A DNA stretch of 64,000 bases from Caecitellus pseudoparvulus (Eukaryota > Protista > Bigyra: Bicosoecida). Each line of letters opens with the position of its first letter. Position 1 is the stretch's first letter. Below the pieces are notes generated by a model. The model had not been told where the DNA came from, did no database searches, and saw nothing but the letters and a program-made list of their open reading frames with translations. The stretch spans positions 186,001 to 250,000 of the forward strand of contig CBFFRQ010000020.1 of NCBI GenBank assembly GCA_965644315.1, in the 5' to 3' direction. Positions 12,584-27,500 of the stretch are shown piece by piece. The position numbers and the translations under genes were made by a program.

Positions 12584-15500
12584 GCGCTGACGCCAGCAAT
12601 GCGAGTGTGGCCCGACGCCAGTGTGACGGCCCCGCTGCTGCCCGACTGTGTCGTGCCAGTGCTCAGCACCAGCGACCCCGACACGCCCGTGCCCACAGCG
12701 TTGGCACTGCGCACCACCACTGCACCAGTGCTGGACACCGCACCACTCCCGCTCACCACACTCACCACACCGCCCACACTGCCACCAGCAGTGCTGGCGC
12801 CAGCTGACACGTACAGGTGCCCGCCGTCGCCCTGGTCAGTGCCGCCCACAGTCATGGACATGCTGCCGGCGACCCCCGATGTGGCGGCCCCCGTGGCCAT
12901 GTGCAGGTACCCGGCGTCGCCCGTGAGCGCGGTGCCAGTGCTCAGCACCATGGCGCCGCTGTCGCCCGATGTCGACCCGCCCGACGCCAGTGTGACGGCC
13001 CCGCTGCTGCCCGACTGTGTCGTGCCAGTGCTCAGCACCATGGCGCCGCTGTCGCCCGATGTCGACCCGCCCGACGCCAGTGTCACGGCCCCGCTGCTGC
13101 CCGACTGTGTCGTGCCAGTGCTCAGCACCAGCGACCCCGACACACCCGTGCCCACAGCGTTGGCACTGCGCACCACCACTGCACCAGTGCTGGACACCGC
13201 ACCACTCCCGCTCACCACACTCACCACACCGCCCACACTGCCACCAGCAGTGCTGGCGCCAGCTGACACGTACACGTGCCCGCCGTCGCCCTGGTCAGTG
13301 CCGCCCACAGTCATGGACATGCTGCCGGCGGCCCCCGATGTGGCGGCCCCCGTGGCCATGTGCAGGTACCCGGCGTCGCCCGTGAGCGCGGTGCCAGTGC
13401 TCAGCACCATGGCGCCGCTGTCGCCCGATGTCGACCCGCCCGACGCCAGTGTGACGGCCCCGCTGCTGCCCGACTGTGTCGTGCCAGTGCTCAGCACCAT
13501 GGCGCCGCTGTCGCCCGATGTCGACCCGCCCGACGCCAGTGTGACGGCCCCGCTGCTGCCCGACTGTGTCGTGCCAGTGCTCAGCACCAGCGACCCCGAC
13601 ACGCCCGTGCCCACAGCGTTGGCACTGCGCACCACCACTGCACCAGTGCTGGACACCGCACCACTCCCGCTCACCACACTCACCACACCCCCCACACTGC
13701 CACCAGCAGTGCTGGCGCCAGCTGACACGTACAGGTGCCCGCCGTCGCCCTGGTCAGTGCCGCCCACAGTCATGGACATGCTGCCGGCGGCCCCCGATGT
13801 GGCGGCCCCCGTGGCCATGTGCAGGTACCCGGCGTCGCCCGTGAGCGCGGTGCCAGTGCTCAGCACCATGGCGCCGCTGTCGCCCGATGTCGACCCGCCC
13901 GACGCCAGTGTGACGGCCCCGCTGCTGCCCGACTGTGTCGTGCCAGTGCTCAGCACCATGGCGCCGCTGTCGCCCGATGTCGACCCGCCCGACGCCAGTG
14001 TCACGGCCCCGCTGCTGCCCGACTGTGTCGTGCCAGTGCTCAGCACCAGCGACCCCGACACGCCCGTGCCCACAGCGTTGGCACTGCGCACCACCACTGC
14101 ACCAGTGCTGGACACCGCACCACTCCCGCTCACCACACTCACCACACCCCCCACACTGCCACCAGCAGTGCTGGCGCCAGCTGACACGTACACGTGCCCG
14201 CCGTCGCCCTGGTCAGTGCCGCCCACAGTCATGGACATGCTGCCGGCGACCCCCGATGTGGCGGCCCCCGTGGCCATGTGTAGGTACCCGGCGTCGCCCG
14301 TGAGCGCGGTGCCAGTGCTCAGCACCATGGCGCCGCTGTCGCCCGATGTCGACCCGCCCGACGCCAGTGTCACGGCCCCGCTGCTGCCCGACTGTGTCGT
14401 GCCAGTGCTCAGCACCAGCGACCCCGACACACCCGTGCCCACAGCGTTGGCACTGCGCACCACCACTGCACCAGTGCTGGACACCGCACCACTCCCGCTC
14501 ACCACACTCACCACACCGCCCACACTGCCACCAGCAGTGCTGGCGCCAGCTGACACGTACAGGTGCCCGCCGTCGCCCTGGTCAGTGCCGCCCACAGTCA
14601 TGGACATGCTGCCGGCGGCCCCCGATGTGGCGGCCCCCGTGGCCATGTGCAGGTACCCGGCGTCGCCCGTGAGCGCGGTGCCAGTGCTCAGCACCATGGC
14701 GCCACTGTCGCCCGATGTCGACCCGCCCGACGCCAGTGTGACGGCCCCGCTGCTGCCCGACTGTGTCGTGCCAGTGCTCAGCACCATGGCGCCGCTGTCG
14801 CCCGATGTCGACCCGCCCGACGCCAGTGTCACGGCCCCGCTGCTGCCCGACTGTGTCGTGCCAGTGCTCAGCACCAGCGACCCCGACACACCCGTGCCCA
14901 CAGCGTTGGCACTGCGCACCACCACTGCACCAGTGCTGGACACCGCACCACTCCCGCTCACCACACTCACCACACCGCCCACACTGCCACCAGCAGTGCT
15001 GGCGCCAGCTGACACGTACAGGTGCCCGCCGTCGCCCTGGTCAGTGCCGCCCACAGTCATGGACATGCTGCCGGCGGCCCCCGATGTGGCGGCCCCCGTG
15101 GCTATGTGCAGGTACCCGGCGTCGCCCGTGAGCGCGGTGCCAGTGCTCAGCACCATGGCGCCGCTGTCGCCCGATGTCGACCCGCCCGACGCCAGTGTGA
15201 CGGCCCCGCTGCTGCCCGACTGTGTCGTGCCAGTGCTCAGCACCATGGCGCCTGACGCCAGCAATGGAGTGTGGCCCGACGCCAGTGTGACGGCCCCGCT
15301 GCTGCCCGACTGTGTCGTGCCAGTGCTCAGCACCAGCGACCCCGACACACCCGTGCCCACAGCGTTGGCACTGCGCACCACCACTGCACCAGTGCTGGAC
15401 ACCGCACCACTCCCGCTCACCACACTCACCACACCCCCCACACTGCCACCAGCAGTGCTGGCGCCAGCTGACACGTACACGTGCCCGCCGTCGCCCTGGT

Positions 15501-18500
15501 CAGTGCCGCCCACAGTCATGGACATGCTGCCGGCGGCCCCCGATGTGGCGGCCCCCGTGGCCATGTGCAGGTACCCGGCGTCGCCCGTGAGCGCGGTGCC
15601 AGTGCTCAGCACCATGGCGCCGCTGTCGCCCGATGTCGACCCGCCCGACGCCAGTGTGACGGCCCCGCTGCTGCCCGACTGTGTCGTGCCAGTGCTCAGC
15701 ACCATGGCGCCGCTGTCGCCCGATGTCGACCCGCCCGACGCCAGTGTCACGGCCCCGCTGCTGCCCGACTGTGTCGTGCCAGTGCTCAGCACCAGCGACC
15801 CCGACACACCCGTGCCCACAGCGTTGGCACTGCGCACCACCACTGCACCAGTGCTGGACACCGCACCACTCCCGCTCACCACACTCACCACACCGCCCAC
15901 ACTGCCACCAGCAGTGCTGGCGCCAGCTGACACGTACACGTGCCCGCCGTCGCCCTGGTCAGTGCCGCCCACAGTCATGGACATGCTGCCGGCGGCCCCC
16001 GATGTGGCGGCCCCCGTGGCCATGTGCAGGTACCCGGCGTCGCCCGTGAGCGCGGTGCCAGTGCTCAGCACCATGGCGCCGCTGTCGCCCGATGTCGACC
16101 CGCCCGACGCCAGTGTGACGGCCCCGCTGCTGCCCGACTGTGTCGTGCCAGTGCTCAGCACCATGGCGCCGCTGTCGCCCGATGTCGACCCGCCCGACGC
16201 CAGTGTCACGGCCCCGCTGCTGCCCGACTGTGTCGTGCCAGTGCTCAGCACCAGCGACCCCGACACGCCCGTGCCCACAGCGTTGGCACTGCGCACCACC
16301 ACTGCACCAGTGCTGGACACCGCACCACTCCCGCTCACCACACTCACCACACCCCCCACACTGCCACCAGCAGTGCTGGCGCCAGCTGACACGTACACGT
16401 GCCCGCCGTCGCCCTGGTCAGTGCCGCCCACAGTCATGGACATGCTGCCGGCGACCCCCGATGTGGCGGCCCCCGTGGCCATGTGCAGGTACCCGGCGTC
16501 GCCCGTGAGCGCGGTGCCAGTGCTCAGCACCATGGCGCCGCTGTCGCCCGATGTCGACCCGCCCGACGCCAGTGTGACGGCCCCGCTGCTACCCGACTGT
16601 GTCGTGCCAGTGCTCAGCACCATGGCGCCTGACGCCAGCAATGGAGTGTGGCCCGACGCCAGTGTCACGGCCCCGCTGCTGCCCGACTGTGTCGTGCCAG
16701 TGCTCAGCACCAGCGACCCCGACACGCCCGTGCCCACAGCGTTGGCACTGCGCACCACCACTGCACCAGTGCTGGACACCGCACCACTCCCGCTCACCAC
16801 ACTCACCACACCCCCCACACTGCCACCAGCAGTGCTGGCGCCAGCTGACACGTACAGGTGCCCGCCGTCGCCCTGGTCAGTGCCGCCCACAGTCATGGAC
16901 ATGCTGCCGGCGGCCCCCGATGTGGCGGCCCCCGTGGCCATGTGCAGGTACCCGGCGTCGCCCGTGAGCGCGGTGCCAGTGCTCAGCACCATGGCGCCGC
17001 TGTCGCCCGATGTCGACCCGCCCGACGCCAGTGTGACGGCCCCGCTGCTGCCCGACTGTGTCGTGCCAGTGCTCAGCACCATAGCGCCTGACGCCAGCAA
17101 TGGAGTGTGGCCCGACGCCAGTGTCACGGCCCCGCTGCTGCCCGACTGTGTCGTGCCAGTGCTCAGCACCAGCGACCCCGACACGCCCGTGCCCACAGCG
17201 TTGGCACTGCGCACCACCACTGCACCAGTGCTGGACACCGCACCACTCCCGCTCACCACACTCACCACACCCCCCACACTGCCACCAGCAGTGCTGGCGC
17301 CAGCTGACACGTACACGTGCCCGCCGTCGCCCTGGTCAGTGCCGCCCACAGTCATGGACATGCTGCCGGCGACCCCCGATGTGGCGGCCCCCGTGGCCAT
17401 GTGCAGGTACCCGGCGTCGCCCGTGAGCGCGGTGCCAGTGCTCAGCACCATGGCGCCGCTGTCGCCCGATGTCGACCCGCCCGACGCCAGTGTCACGGCC
17501 CCGCTGCTGCCCGACTGTGTCGTGCCAGTGCTCAGCACCAGCGACCCCGACACACCCGTGCCCACAGCGTTGGCACTGCGCACCACCACTGCACCAGTGC
17601 TGGACACCGCACCACTCCCGCTCACCACACTCACCACACCGCCCACACTGCCACCAGCAGTGCTGGCGCCAGCTGACACGTACAGGTGCCCGCCGTCGCC
17701 CTGGTCAGTGCCGCCCACAGTCATGGACATGCTGCCGGCGGCCCCCGATGTGGCGGCCCCCGTGGCCATGTGCAGGTACCCGGCGTCGCCCGTGAGCGCG
17801 GTGCCAGTGCTCAGCACCATGGCGCCGCTGTCGCCCGATGTCGACCCGCCCGACGCCAGTGTCACGGCCCCGCTGCTGCCCGACTGTGTCGTGCCAGTGC
17901 TCAGCACCATGGCGCCGCTGTCGCCCGATGTCGACCCGCCCGACGCCAGTGTCACGGCCCCGCTGCTGCCCGACTGTGTCGTGCCAGTGCTCAGCACCAG
18001 CGACCCCGACACACCCGTGCCCACAGCGTTGGCACTGCGCACCACCACTGCACCAGTGCTGGACACCGCACCACTCCCGCTCACCACACTCACCACACCG
18101 CCCACACTGCCACCAGCAGTGCTGGCGCCAGCTGACACGTACAGGTGCCCGCCGTCGCCCTGGTCAGTGCCGCCCACAGTCATGGACATGCTGCCGGCGG
18201 CCCCCGATGTGGCGGCCCCCGTGGCCATGTGCAGGTACCCGGCGTCGCCCGTGAGCGCGGTGCCAGTGCTCAGCACCATGGCGCCGCTGTCGCCCGATGT
18301 CGACCCGCCCGACGCCAGTGTGACGGCCCCGCTGCTGCCCGACTGTGTCGTGCCAGTGCTCAGCACCATGGCGCCGCTGTCGCCCGATGTCGACCCGCCC
18401 GACGCCAGTGTGACAGCCCCGCTGCTGCCCGACTGTGTCGTGCCAGTGCTCAGCACCAGCGACCCCGACACGCCCGTGCCCACAGCGTTGGCACTGCGCA

Positions 18501-21500
18501 CCACCACTGCACCAGTGCTGGACACCGCACCACTCCCGCTCACCACACTCACCACACCGCCCACACTGCCACCAGCAGTGCTGGCGCCAGCTGACACGTA
18601 CAGGTGCCCGCCGTCGCCCTGGTCAGTGCCGCCCACAGTCATGGACATGCTGCCGGCGACCCCCGATGTGGCGGCCCCCGTGGCCATGTGCAGGTACCCG
18701 GCGTCGCCCGTGAGCGCGGTGCCAGTGCTCAGCACCATGGCGCCGCTGTCGCCCGATGTCGACCCGCCCGACGCCAGTGTCACGGCCCCGCTGCTGCCCG
18801 ACTGTGTCGTGCCAGTGCTCAGCACCATGGCGCCGCTGTCGCCCGATGTCGACCCGCCCGACGCCAGTGTCACGGCCCCGCTGCTGCCCGACTGTGTCGT
18901 GCCAGTGCTCAGCACCAGCGACCCCGACACGCCCGTGCCCACAGCGTTGGCACTGCGCACCACCACTGCACCAGTGCTGGACACCGCACCACTCCCGCTC
19001 ACCACACTCACCACACCCCCCACACTGCCACCAGCAGTGCTGGCGCCAGCTGACACGTACACGTGCCCGCCGTCGCCCTGGTCAGTGCCGCCCACAGTCA
19101 TGGACATGCTGCCGGCGGCCCCCGATGTGGCGGCCCCCGTGGCCATGTGCAGGTACCCGGCGTCGCCCGTGAGCGCGGTGCCAGTGCTCAGCACCATGGC
19201 GCCGCTGTCGCCCGATGTCGACCCGCCCGACGCCAGTGTCACGGCCCCGCTGCTGCCCGACTGTGTCGTGCCAGTGCTCAGCACCATGGCGCCGCTGTCG
19301 CCCGATGTCGACCCGCCCGACGCCAGTGTGACGGCCCCGCTGCTGCCCGACTGTGTCGTGCCAGTGCTCAGCACCAGCGACCCCGACACGCCCGTGCCCA
19401 CAGCGTTGGCACTGCGCACCACCACTGCACCAGTGCTGGACACCGCACCACTCCCGCTCACCACACTCACCACACCGCCCACACTGCCACCAGCAGTGCT
19501 GGCGCCAGCTGACACGTACAGGTGCCCGCCGTCGCCCTGGTCAGTGCCGCCCACAGTCATGGACATGCTGCCGGCGGCCCCCGATGTGGCGGCCCCCGTG
19601 GCCATGTGCAGGTACCCGGCGTCGCCCGTGAGCGCGGTGCCAGTGCTCAGCACCATGGCGCCGCTGTCGCCCGTTGTCGACCCGCCCGACGCCAGTGTCA
19701 CGGCCCCGCTGCTGCCCGACTGTGTCGTGCCAGTGCTCAGCACCATGGCGCCTGACGCCAGCAATGGAGTGTGGCCCGACGCCAGTGTCACGGCCCCGCT
19801 GCTGCCCGACTGTGTCGTGCCAGTGCTCAGCACCAGCGACCCCGACACGCCCGTGCCCACAGCGTTGGCACTGCGCACCACCACTGCACCAGTGCTGGAC
19901 ACCGCACCACTCCCGCTCACCACACTCACCACACCCCCCACACTGCCACCAGCAGTGCTGGCGCCAGCTGACACGTACACGTGCCCGCCGTCGCCCTGGT
20001 CAGTGCCGCCCACAGTCATGGACATGCTGCCGGCGGCCCCCGATGTGGCGGCCCCCGTGGCCATGTGCAGGTACCCGGCGTCGCCCGTGAGCGCGGTGCC
20101 AGTGGTCAGCACCATGGCGCCGCTGTCGCCCGATGTCGACCCGCCCGACGCCAGTGTCACGGCCCCGCTGCTGCCCGACTGTGTCGTGCCAGTGCTCAGC
20201 ACCAGCGACCCCGACACACCCGTGCCCACAGCGTTGGCACTGCGCACCACCACTGCACCAGTGCTGGACACCGCACCACTCCCGCTCACCACACTCACCA
20301 CACCCCCCACACTGCCACCAGCAGTGCTGGCGCCAGCTGACACGTACACGTGCCCGCCGTCGCCCTGGTCAGTGCCGCCCACAGTCATGGACATGCTGCC
20401 GGCGGCCCCCGATGTGGCGGCCCCCGTGGCCATGTGCAGGTACCCGGCGTCGCCCGTGAGCGCGGTGCCAGTGCTCAGCACCATGGCGCCGCTGTCGCCC
20501 GATGTCGACCCGCCCGACGCCAGTGTCACGGCCCCGCTGCTGCCCGACTGTGTCGTGCCAGTGCTCAGCACCAGCGACCCCGACACGCCCGTGCCCACAG
20601 CGTTGGCACTGCGCACCACCACTGCACCAGTGCTGGACACCGCACCACTCCCGCTCACCACACTCACCACACCGCCCACACTGCCACCAGCAGTGCTGGC
20701 GCCAGCTGACACGTACAGGTGCCCGCCGTCGCCCTGGTCAGTGGCGCCCACAGTCATGGACATGCTGCCGGCGGCCCCCGATGTGGCGGCCCCCGTGGCC
20801 ATGTGCAGGTACCCGGCGTCGCCCGTGAGCGCGGTGCCAGTGCTCAGCACCATGGCGCCGCTGTCGCCCGATGTCGACCCGCCCGACGCCAGTGTGACGG
20901 CCCCGCTGCTGCCCGACTGTGTCGTGCCAGTGCTCAGCACCATGGCGCCGCTGTCGCCCGATGTCGACCCGCCCGACGCCAGTGTCACGGCCCCGCTGCT
21001 ACCCGACTGTGTCGTGCCAGTGCTCAGCACCAGCGACCCCGACACGCCCGTGCCCACAGCGTTGGCACTGCGCACCACCACTGCACCAGTGCTGGACACC
21101 GCACCACTCCCGCTCACCACACTCACCACACCGCCCACACTGCCACCAGCAGTGCTGGCGCCAGCTGACACGTACACGTGCCCGCCGTCGCCCTGGTCAG
21201 TGCCGCCCACAGTCATGGACATGCTGCCGGCGGCCCCCGATGTGGCGGCCCCCGTGGCCATGTGCAGGTACCCGGCGTCGCCCGTGAGCGCGGTGCCAGT
21301 GCTCAGCACCATGGCGCCGCTGTCGCCCGATGTCGACCCGCCCGACGCCAGTGTGACGGCCCCGCTGCTGCCCGACTGTGTCGTGCCAGTGCTCAGCACC
21401 ATGGCGCCGCTGTCGCCCGATGTCGACCCGCCCGACGCCAGTGTCACGGCCCCGCTGCTGCCCGACTGTGTCGTGCCAGTGCTCAGCACCAGCGACCCCG

Positions 21501-24500
21501 ACACGCCCGTGCCCACAGCGTTGGCACTGCGCACCACCACTGCACCAGTGCTGGACACCGCACCACTCCCGCTCACCACACTCACCACACCGCCCACACT
21601 GCCACCAGCAGTGCTGGCGCCAGCTGACACGTACACGTGCCCGCCGTCGCCCTGGTCAGTGCCGCCCACAGTCATGGACATGCTGCCGGCGACCCCCGAT
21701 GTGGCGGCCCCCGTGGCCATGTGCAGGTACCCGGCGTCGCCCGTGAGCGCGGTGCCAGTGCTCAGCACCATGGCGCCGCTGTCGCCCGATGTCGACCCGC
21801 CCGACGCCAGTGTCACGGCCCCGCTGCTGCCCGACTGTGTCGTGCCAGTGCTCAGCACCATGGCGCCGCTGTCGCCCGATGTCGACCCGCCCGACGCCAG
21901 TGTCACGGCCCCGCTGCTGCCCGACTGTGTCGTGCCAGTGCTCAGCACCAGCGACCCCGACACGCCCGTGCCCACAGCGTTGGCACTGCGCACCACCACT
22001 GCACCAGTGCTGGACACCGCACCACTCCCGCTCACCACACTCACCACACCGCCCACACTGCCACCAGCAGTGCTGGCGCCAGCTGACACGTACACGTGCC
22101 CGCCGTCGCCCTGGTCAGTGCCGCCCACAGTCATGGACATGCTGCCGGCGGCCCCCGATGTGGCGGCCCCCGTGGCCATGTGCAGGTACCCGGCGTCGCC
22201 CGTGAGCGCGGTGCCAGTGCTCAGCACCATGGCGCCGCTGTCGCCCGATGTCGACCCGCCCGACGCCAGTGTCACGGCCCCGCTGCTGCCCGACTGTGTC
22301 GTGCCAGTGCTCAGCACCAGCGACCCCGACACACCCGTGCCCACAGCGTTGGCACTGCGCACCACCACTGCACCAGTGCTGGACACCGCACCACTCCCGC
22401 TCACCACACTCACCACACCCCCCACACTGCCACCAGCAGTGCTGGCGCCAGCTGACACGTACAGGTGCCCGCCGTCGCCCTGGTCAGTGCCGCCCACAGT
22501 CATGGACATGCTGCCGGCGGCCCCCGATGTGGCGGCCCCCGTGGCCATGTGCAGGTACCCGGCGTCGCCCGTGAGCGCGGTGCCAGTGCTCAGCACCATG
22601 GCGCCGCTGTCGCCCGATGTCGACCCGCCCGACGCCAGTGTCACGGCCCCGCTGCTGCCCGACTGTGTCGTGCCAGTGCTCAGCACCATGGCGCCTGACG
22701 CCAGCAATGGAGTGTGGCCCGACGCCAGTGTGACGGCCCCGCTGCTGCCCGACTGTGTCGTGCCAGTGCTCAGCACCAGCGACCCCGACACGCCCGTGCC
22801 CACAGCGTTGGCACTGCGCACCACCACTGCACCAGTGCTGGACACCGCACCACTCCCGCTCACCACACTCACCACACCGCCCACACTGCCACCAGCAGTG
22901 CTGGCGCCAGCTGACACGTACACGTGCCCGCCGTCGCCCTGGTCAGTGCCGCCCACAGTCATGGACATGCTGCCGGCGGCCCCCGATGTGGCGGCCCCCG
23001 TGGCCATGTGCAGGTACCCGGCGTCGCCCGTGAGCGCGGTGCCAGTGCTCAGCACCATGGCGCCGCTGTCGCCCGATGTCGACCCGCCCGACGCCAGTGT
23101 CACGGCCCCGCTGCTGCCCGACTGTGTCGTGCCAGTGCTCAGCACCATGGCGCCGCTGTCGCCCGATGTCGACCCGCCCGACGCCAGTGTCACGGCCCCG
23201 CTGCTGCCCGACTGTGTCGTGCCAGTGCTCAGCACCAGCGACCCCGACACGCCCGTGCCCACAGCGTTGGCACTGCGCACCACCACTGCACCAGTGCTGG
23301 ACACCGCACCACTCCCGCTCACCACACTCACCACACCGCCCACACTGCCACCAGCAGTGCTGGCGCCAGCTGACACGTACACGTGCCCGCCGTCGCCCTG
23401 GTCAGTGCCGCCCACAGTCATGGACATGCTGCCGGCGGCCCCCGATGTGGCGGCCCCCGTGGCCATGTGCAGGTACCCGGCGTCGCCCGTGAGCGCGGTG
23501 CCAGTGCTCAGCACCATGGCGCCGCTGTCGCCCGATGTCGACCCGCCCGACGCCAGTGTCACGGCCCCGCTGCTGCCCGACTGTGTCGTGCCAGTGCTCA
23601 GCACCAGCGACCCCGACACGCCCGTGCCCACAGCGTTGGCACTGCGCACCACCACTGCACCAGTGCTGGACACCGCACCACTCCCGCTCACCACACTCAC
23701 CACACCGCCCACACTGCCACCAGCAGTGCTGGCGCCAGCTGACACGTACACGTGCCCGCCGTCGCCCTGGTCAGTGCCGCCCACAGTCATGGACATGCTG
23801 CCGGCGGCCCCCGATGTGGCGGCCCCCGTGGCCATGTGCAGGTACCCGGCGTCGCCCGTGAGCGCGGTGCCAGTGCTCAGCACCATGGCGCCGCTGTCGC
23901 CCGATGTCGACCCGCCCGACGCCAGTGTCACGGCCCCGCTGCTGCCCGACTGTGTCGTGCCAGTGCTCAGCACCATGGCGCCTGACGCCAGCAATGGAGT
24001 GGGGCCCGACGCCAGTGTCACGGCCCCGCTGCTGCCCGACTGTGTCGTGCCAGTGCTCAGCACCAGCGACCCCGACACGCCCGTGCCCACAGCGTTGGCA
24101 CTGCGCACCACCACTGCACCAGTGCTGGACACCGCACCACTCCCGCTCACCACACTCACCACACCGCCCACACTGCCACCAGCAGTGCTGGCGCCAGCTG
24201 ACACGTACACGTGCCCGCCGTCGCCCTGGTCAGTGCCGCCCACAGTCATGGACATGCTGCCGGCGACCCCCGATGTGGCGGCCCCCGTGGCCATGTGCAG
24301 GTACCCGGCGTCGCCCGTGAGCGCGGTGCCAGTGCTCAGCACCATGGCGCCGCTGTCGCCCGATGTCGACCCGCCCGACGCCAGTGTGACGGCCCCGCTG
24401 CTGCCCGACTGTGTCGTGCCAGTGCTCAGCACCATGGCGCCGCTGTCGCCCGATGTCGACCCGCCCGACGCCAGTGTCACGGCCCCGCTGCTGCCCGACT

Positions 24501-27500
24501 GTGTCGTGCCAGTGCTCAGCACCAGCGACCCTGACACGCCCGTGCCCACAGCGTTGGCACTGCGCACCACCACTGCACCAGTGCTGGACACCGCACCACT
24601 CCCGCTCACCACACTCACCACACCCCCCACACTGCCACCAGCAGTGCTGGCGCCAGCTGACACGTACACGTGCCCGCCGTCGCCCTGGTCAGTGCCGCCC
24701 ACAGTCATGGACATGCTGCCGGCGGCCCCCGATGTGGCGGCCCCCGTGGCCATGTGCAGGTACCCGGCGTCGCCCGTGAGCGCGGTGCCAGTGCTCAGCA
24801 CCATGGCGCCGCTGTCGCCCGATGTCGACCCGCCCGACGCCAGTGTCACGGCCCCGCTGCTGCCCGACTGTGTCGTGCCAGTGCTCAGCACCATGGCGCC
24901 GCTGTCGCCCGATGTCGACCCGCCCGACGCCAGTGTCACGGCCCCGCTGCTGCCCGACTGTGTCGTGCCAGTGCTCAGCACCAGCGACCCCGACACGCCC
25001 GTGCCCACAGCGTTGGCACTGCGCACCACCACTGCACCAGTGCTGGACACCGCACCACTCCCGCTCACCACACTCACCACACCGCCCACACTGCCACCAG
25101 CAGTGCTGGCGCCAGCTGACACGTACACGTGCCCGCCGTCGCCCTGGTCAGTGCCGCCCACAGTCATGGACATGCTGCCGGCGGCCCCCGATGTGGCGGC
25201 CCCCGTGGCCATGTGCAGGTACCCGGCGTCGCCCGTGAGCGCGGTGCCAGTGCTCAGCACCATGGCGCCGCTGTCGCCCGATGTCGACCCGCCCGACGCC
25301 AGTGTCACGGCCCCGCTGCTGCCCGACTGTGTCGTGCCAGTGCTCAGCACCAGCGACCCCGACACGCCCGTGCCCACAGCGTTGGCACTGCGCACCACCA
25401 CTGCACCAGTGCTGGACACCGCACCACTCCCGCTCACCACACTCACCACACCCCCCACACTGCCACCAGCAGTGCTGGCGCCAGCTGACACGTACACGTG
25501 CCCGCCGTCGCCCTGGTCAGTGCCGCCCACAGTCATGGACATGCTGCCGGCGGCCCCCGATGTGGCGGCCCCCGTGGCCATGTGCAGGTACCCGGCGTCG
25601 CCCGTGAGCGCGGTGCCAGTGCTCAGCACCATGGCGCCGCTGTCGCCCGATGTCGACCCGCCCGACGCCAGTGTGACGGCCCCGCTGCTGCCCGACTGTG
25701 TCGTGCCAGTGCTCAGCACCATGGCGCCGCTGTCGCCCGATGTCGACCCGCCCGACGCCAGTGTCACGGCCCCGCTGCTGCCCGACTGTGTCGTGCCAGT
25801 GCTCAGCACCAGCGACCCCGACACGCCCGTGCCCACAGCGTTGGCACTGCGCACCACCACTGCACCAGTGCTGGACACCGCACCACTCCCGCTCACCACA
25901 CTCACCACACCCCCCACACTGCCACCAGCAGTGCTGGCGCCAGATGACACGTACACGTGCCCGCCGTCGCCCTGGTCAGTGCCGCCCACAGTCATGGACA
26001 TGCTGCCGGCGGCCCCCGATGTGGCGGCCCCCGTGGCCATGTGCAGGTACCCGGCGTCGCCCGTGAGCGCGGTGCCAGTGCTCAGCACCATGGCGCCGCT
26101 GTCGCCCGATGTCGACCCGCCCGACGCCAGTGTGACGGCCCCGCTGCTGCCCGACTGTGTCGTGCCAGTGCTCAGCACCATGGCGCCGCTGTCGCCCGAT
26201 GTCGACCCGCCCGACGCCAGTGTGACGGCCCCGCTGCTGCCCGACTGTGTCGTGCCAGTGCTCAGCACCAGCGACCCCGACACGCCCGTGCCCACAGCGT
26301 TGGCACTGCGCACCACCACTGCACCAGTGCTGGACACCGCACCACTCCCGCTCACCACACTCACCACACCGCCCACACTGCCACCAGCAGTGCTGGCGCC
26401 AGCTGACACGTACACGTGCCCGCCGTCGCCCTGGTCAGTGCCGCCCACAGTCATGGACATGCTGCCGGCGACCCCCGATGTGGCGGCCCCCGTGGCCATG
26501 TGCAGGTACCCGGCGTCGCCCGTGAGCGCGGTGCCAGTGCTCAGCACCATGGCGCCGCTGTCGCCCGATGTCGACCCGCCCGACGCCAGTGTGACGGCCC
26601 CGCTGCTGCCCGACTGTGTCGTGCCAGTGCTCAGCACCATGGCGCCGCTGTCGCCCGATGTCGACCCGCCCGACGCCAGTGTCACGGCCCCGCTGCTGCC
26701 CGACTGTGTCGTGCCAGTGCTCAGCACCAGCGACCCCGACACACCCGTGCCCACAGCGTTGGCACTGCGCACCACCACTGCACCAGTGCTGGACACCGCA
26801 CCACTCCCGCTCACCACACTCACCACACCGCCCACACTGCCACCAGCAGTGCTGGCGCCAGCTGACACGTACACGTGCCCGCCGTCGCCCTGGTCAGTGC
26901 CGCCCACAGTCATGGACATGCTGCCGGCGACCCCCGATGTGGCGGCCCCCGTGGCCATGTGCAGGTACCCGGCGTCGCCCGTGAGCGCGGTGCCAGTGCT
27001 CAGCACCATGGCGCCGCTGTCGCCCGATGTCGACCCGCCCGACGCCAGTGTCACGGCCCCGCTGCTGCCCGACTGTGTCGTGCCAGTGCTCAGCACCAGC
27101 GACCCCGACACACCCGTGCCCACAGCGTTGGCACTGCGCACCGCCACTGCACCAGTGCTGGACACCGCACCACTCCCGCTCACCACACTCACCACACCGC
27201 CCACACTGCCACCAGCAGTGCTGGCGCCAGCTGACACGTACAGGTGCCCGCCGTCGCCCTGGTCAGTGCCGCCCACAGTCATGGACATGCTGCCGGCGGC
27301 CCCCGATGTGGCGGCCCCCGTGGCCATGTGCAGGTACCCGGCGTCGCCCGTGAGCGCGGTGCCAGTGCTCAGCACCATGGCGCCGCTGTCGCCCGATGTC
27401 GACCCGCCCGACGCCAGTGTGACGGCCCCGCTGCTGCCCGACTGTGTCGTGCCAGTGCTCAGCACCATGGCGCCGCTGTCGCCCGATGTCGACCCGCCCG

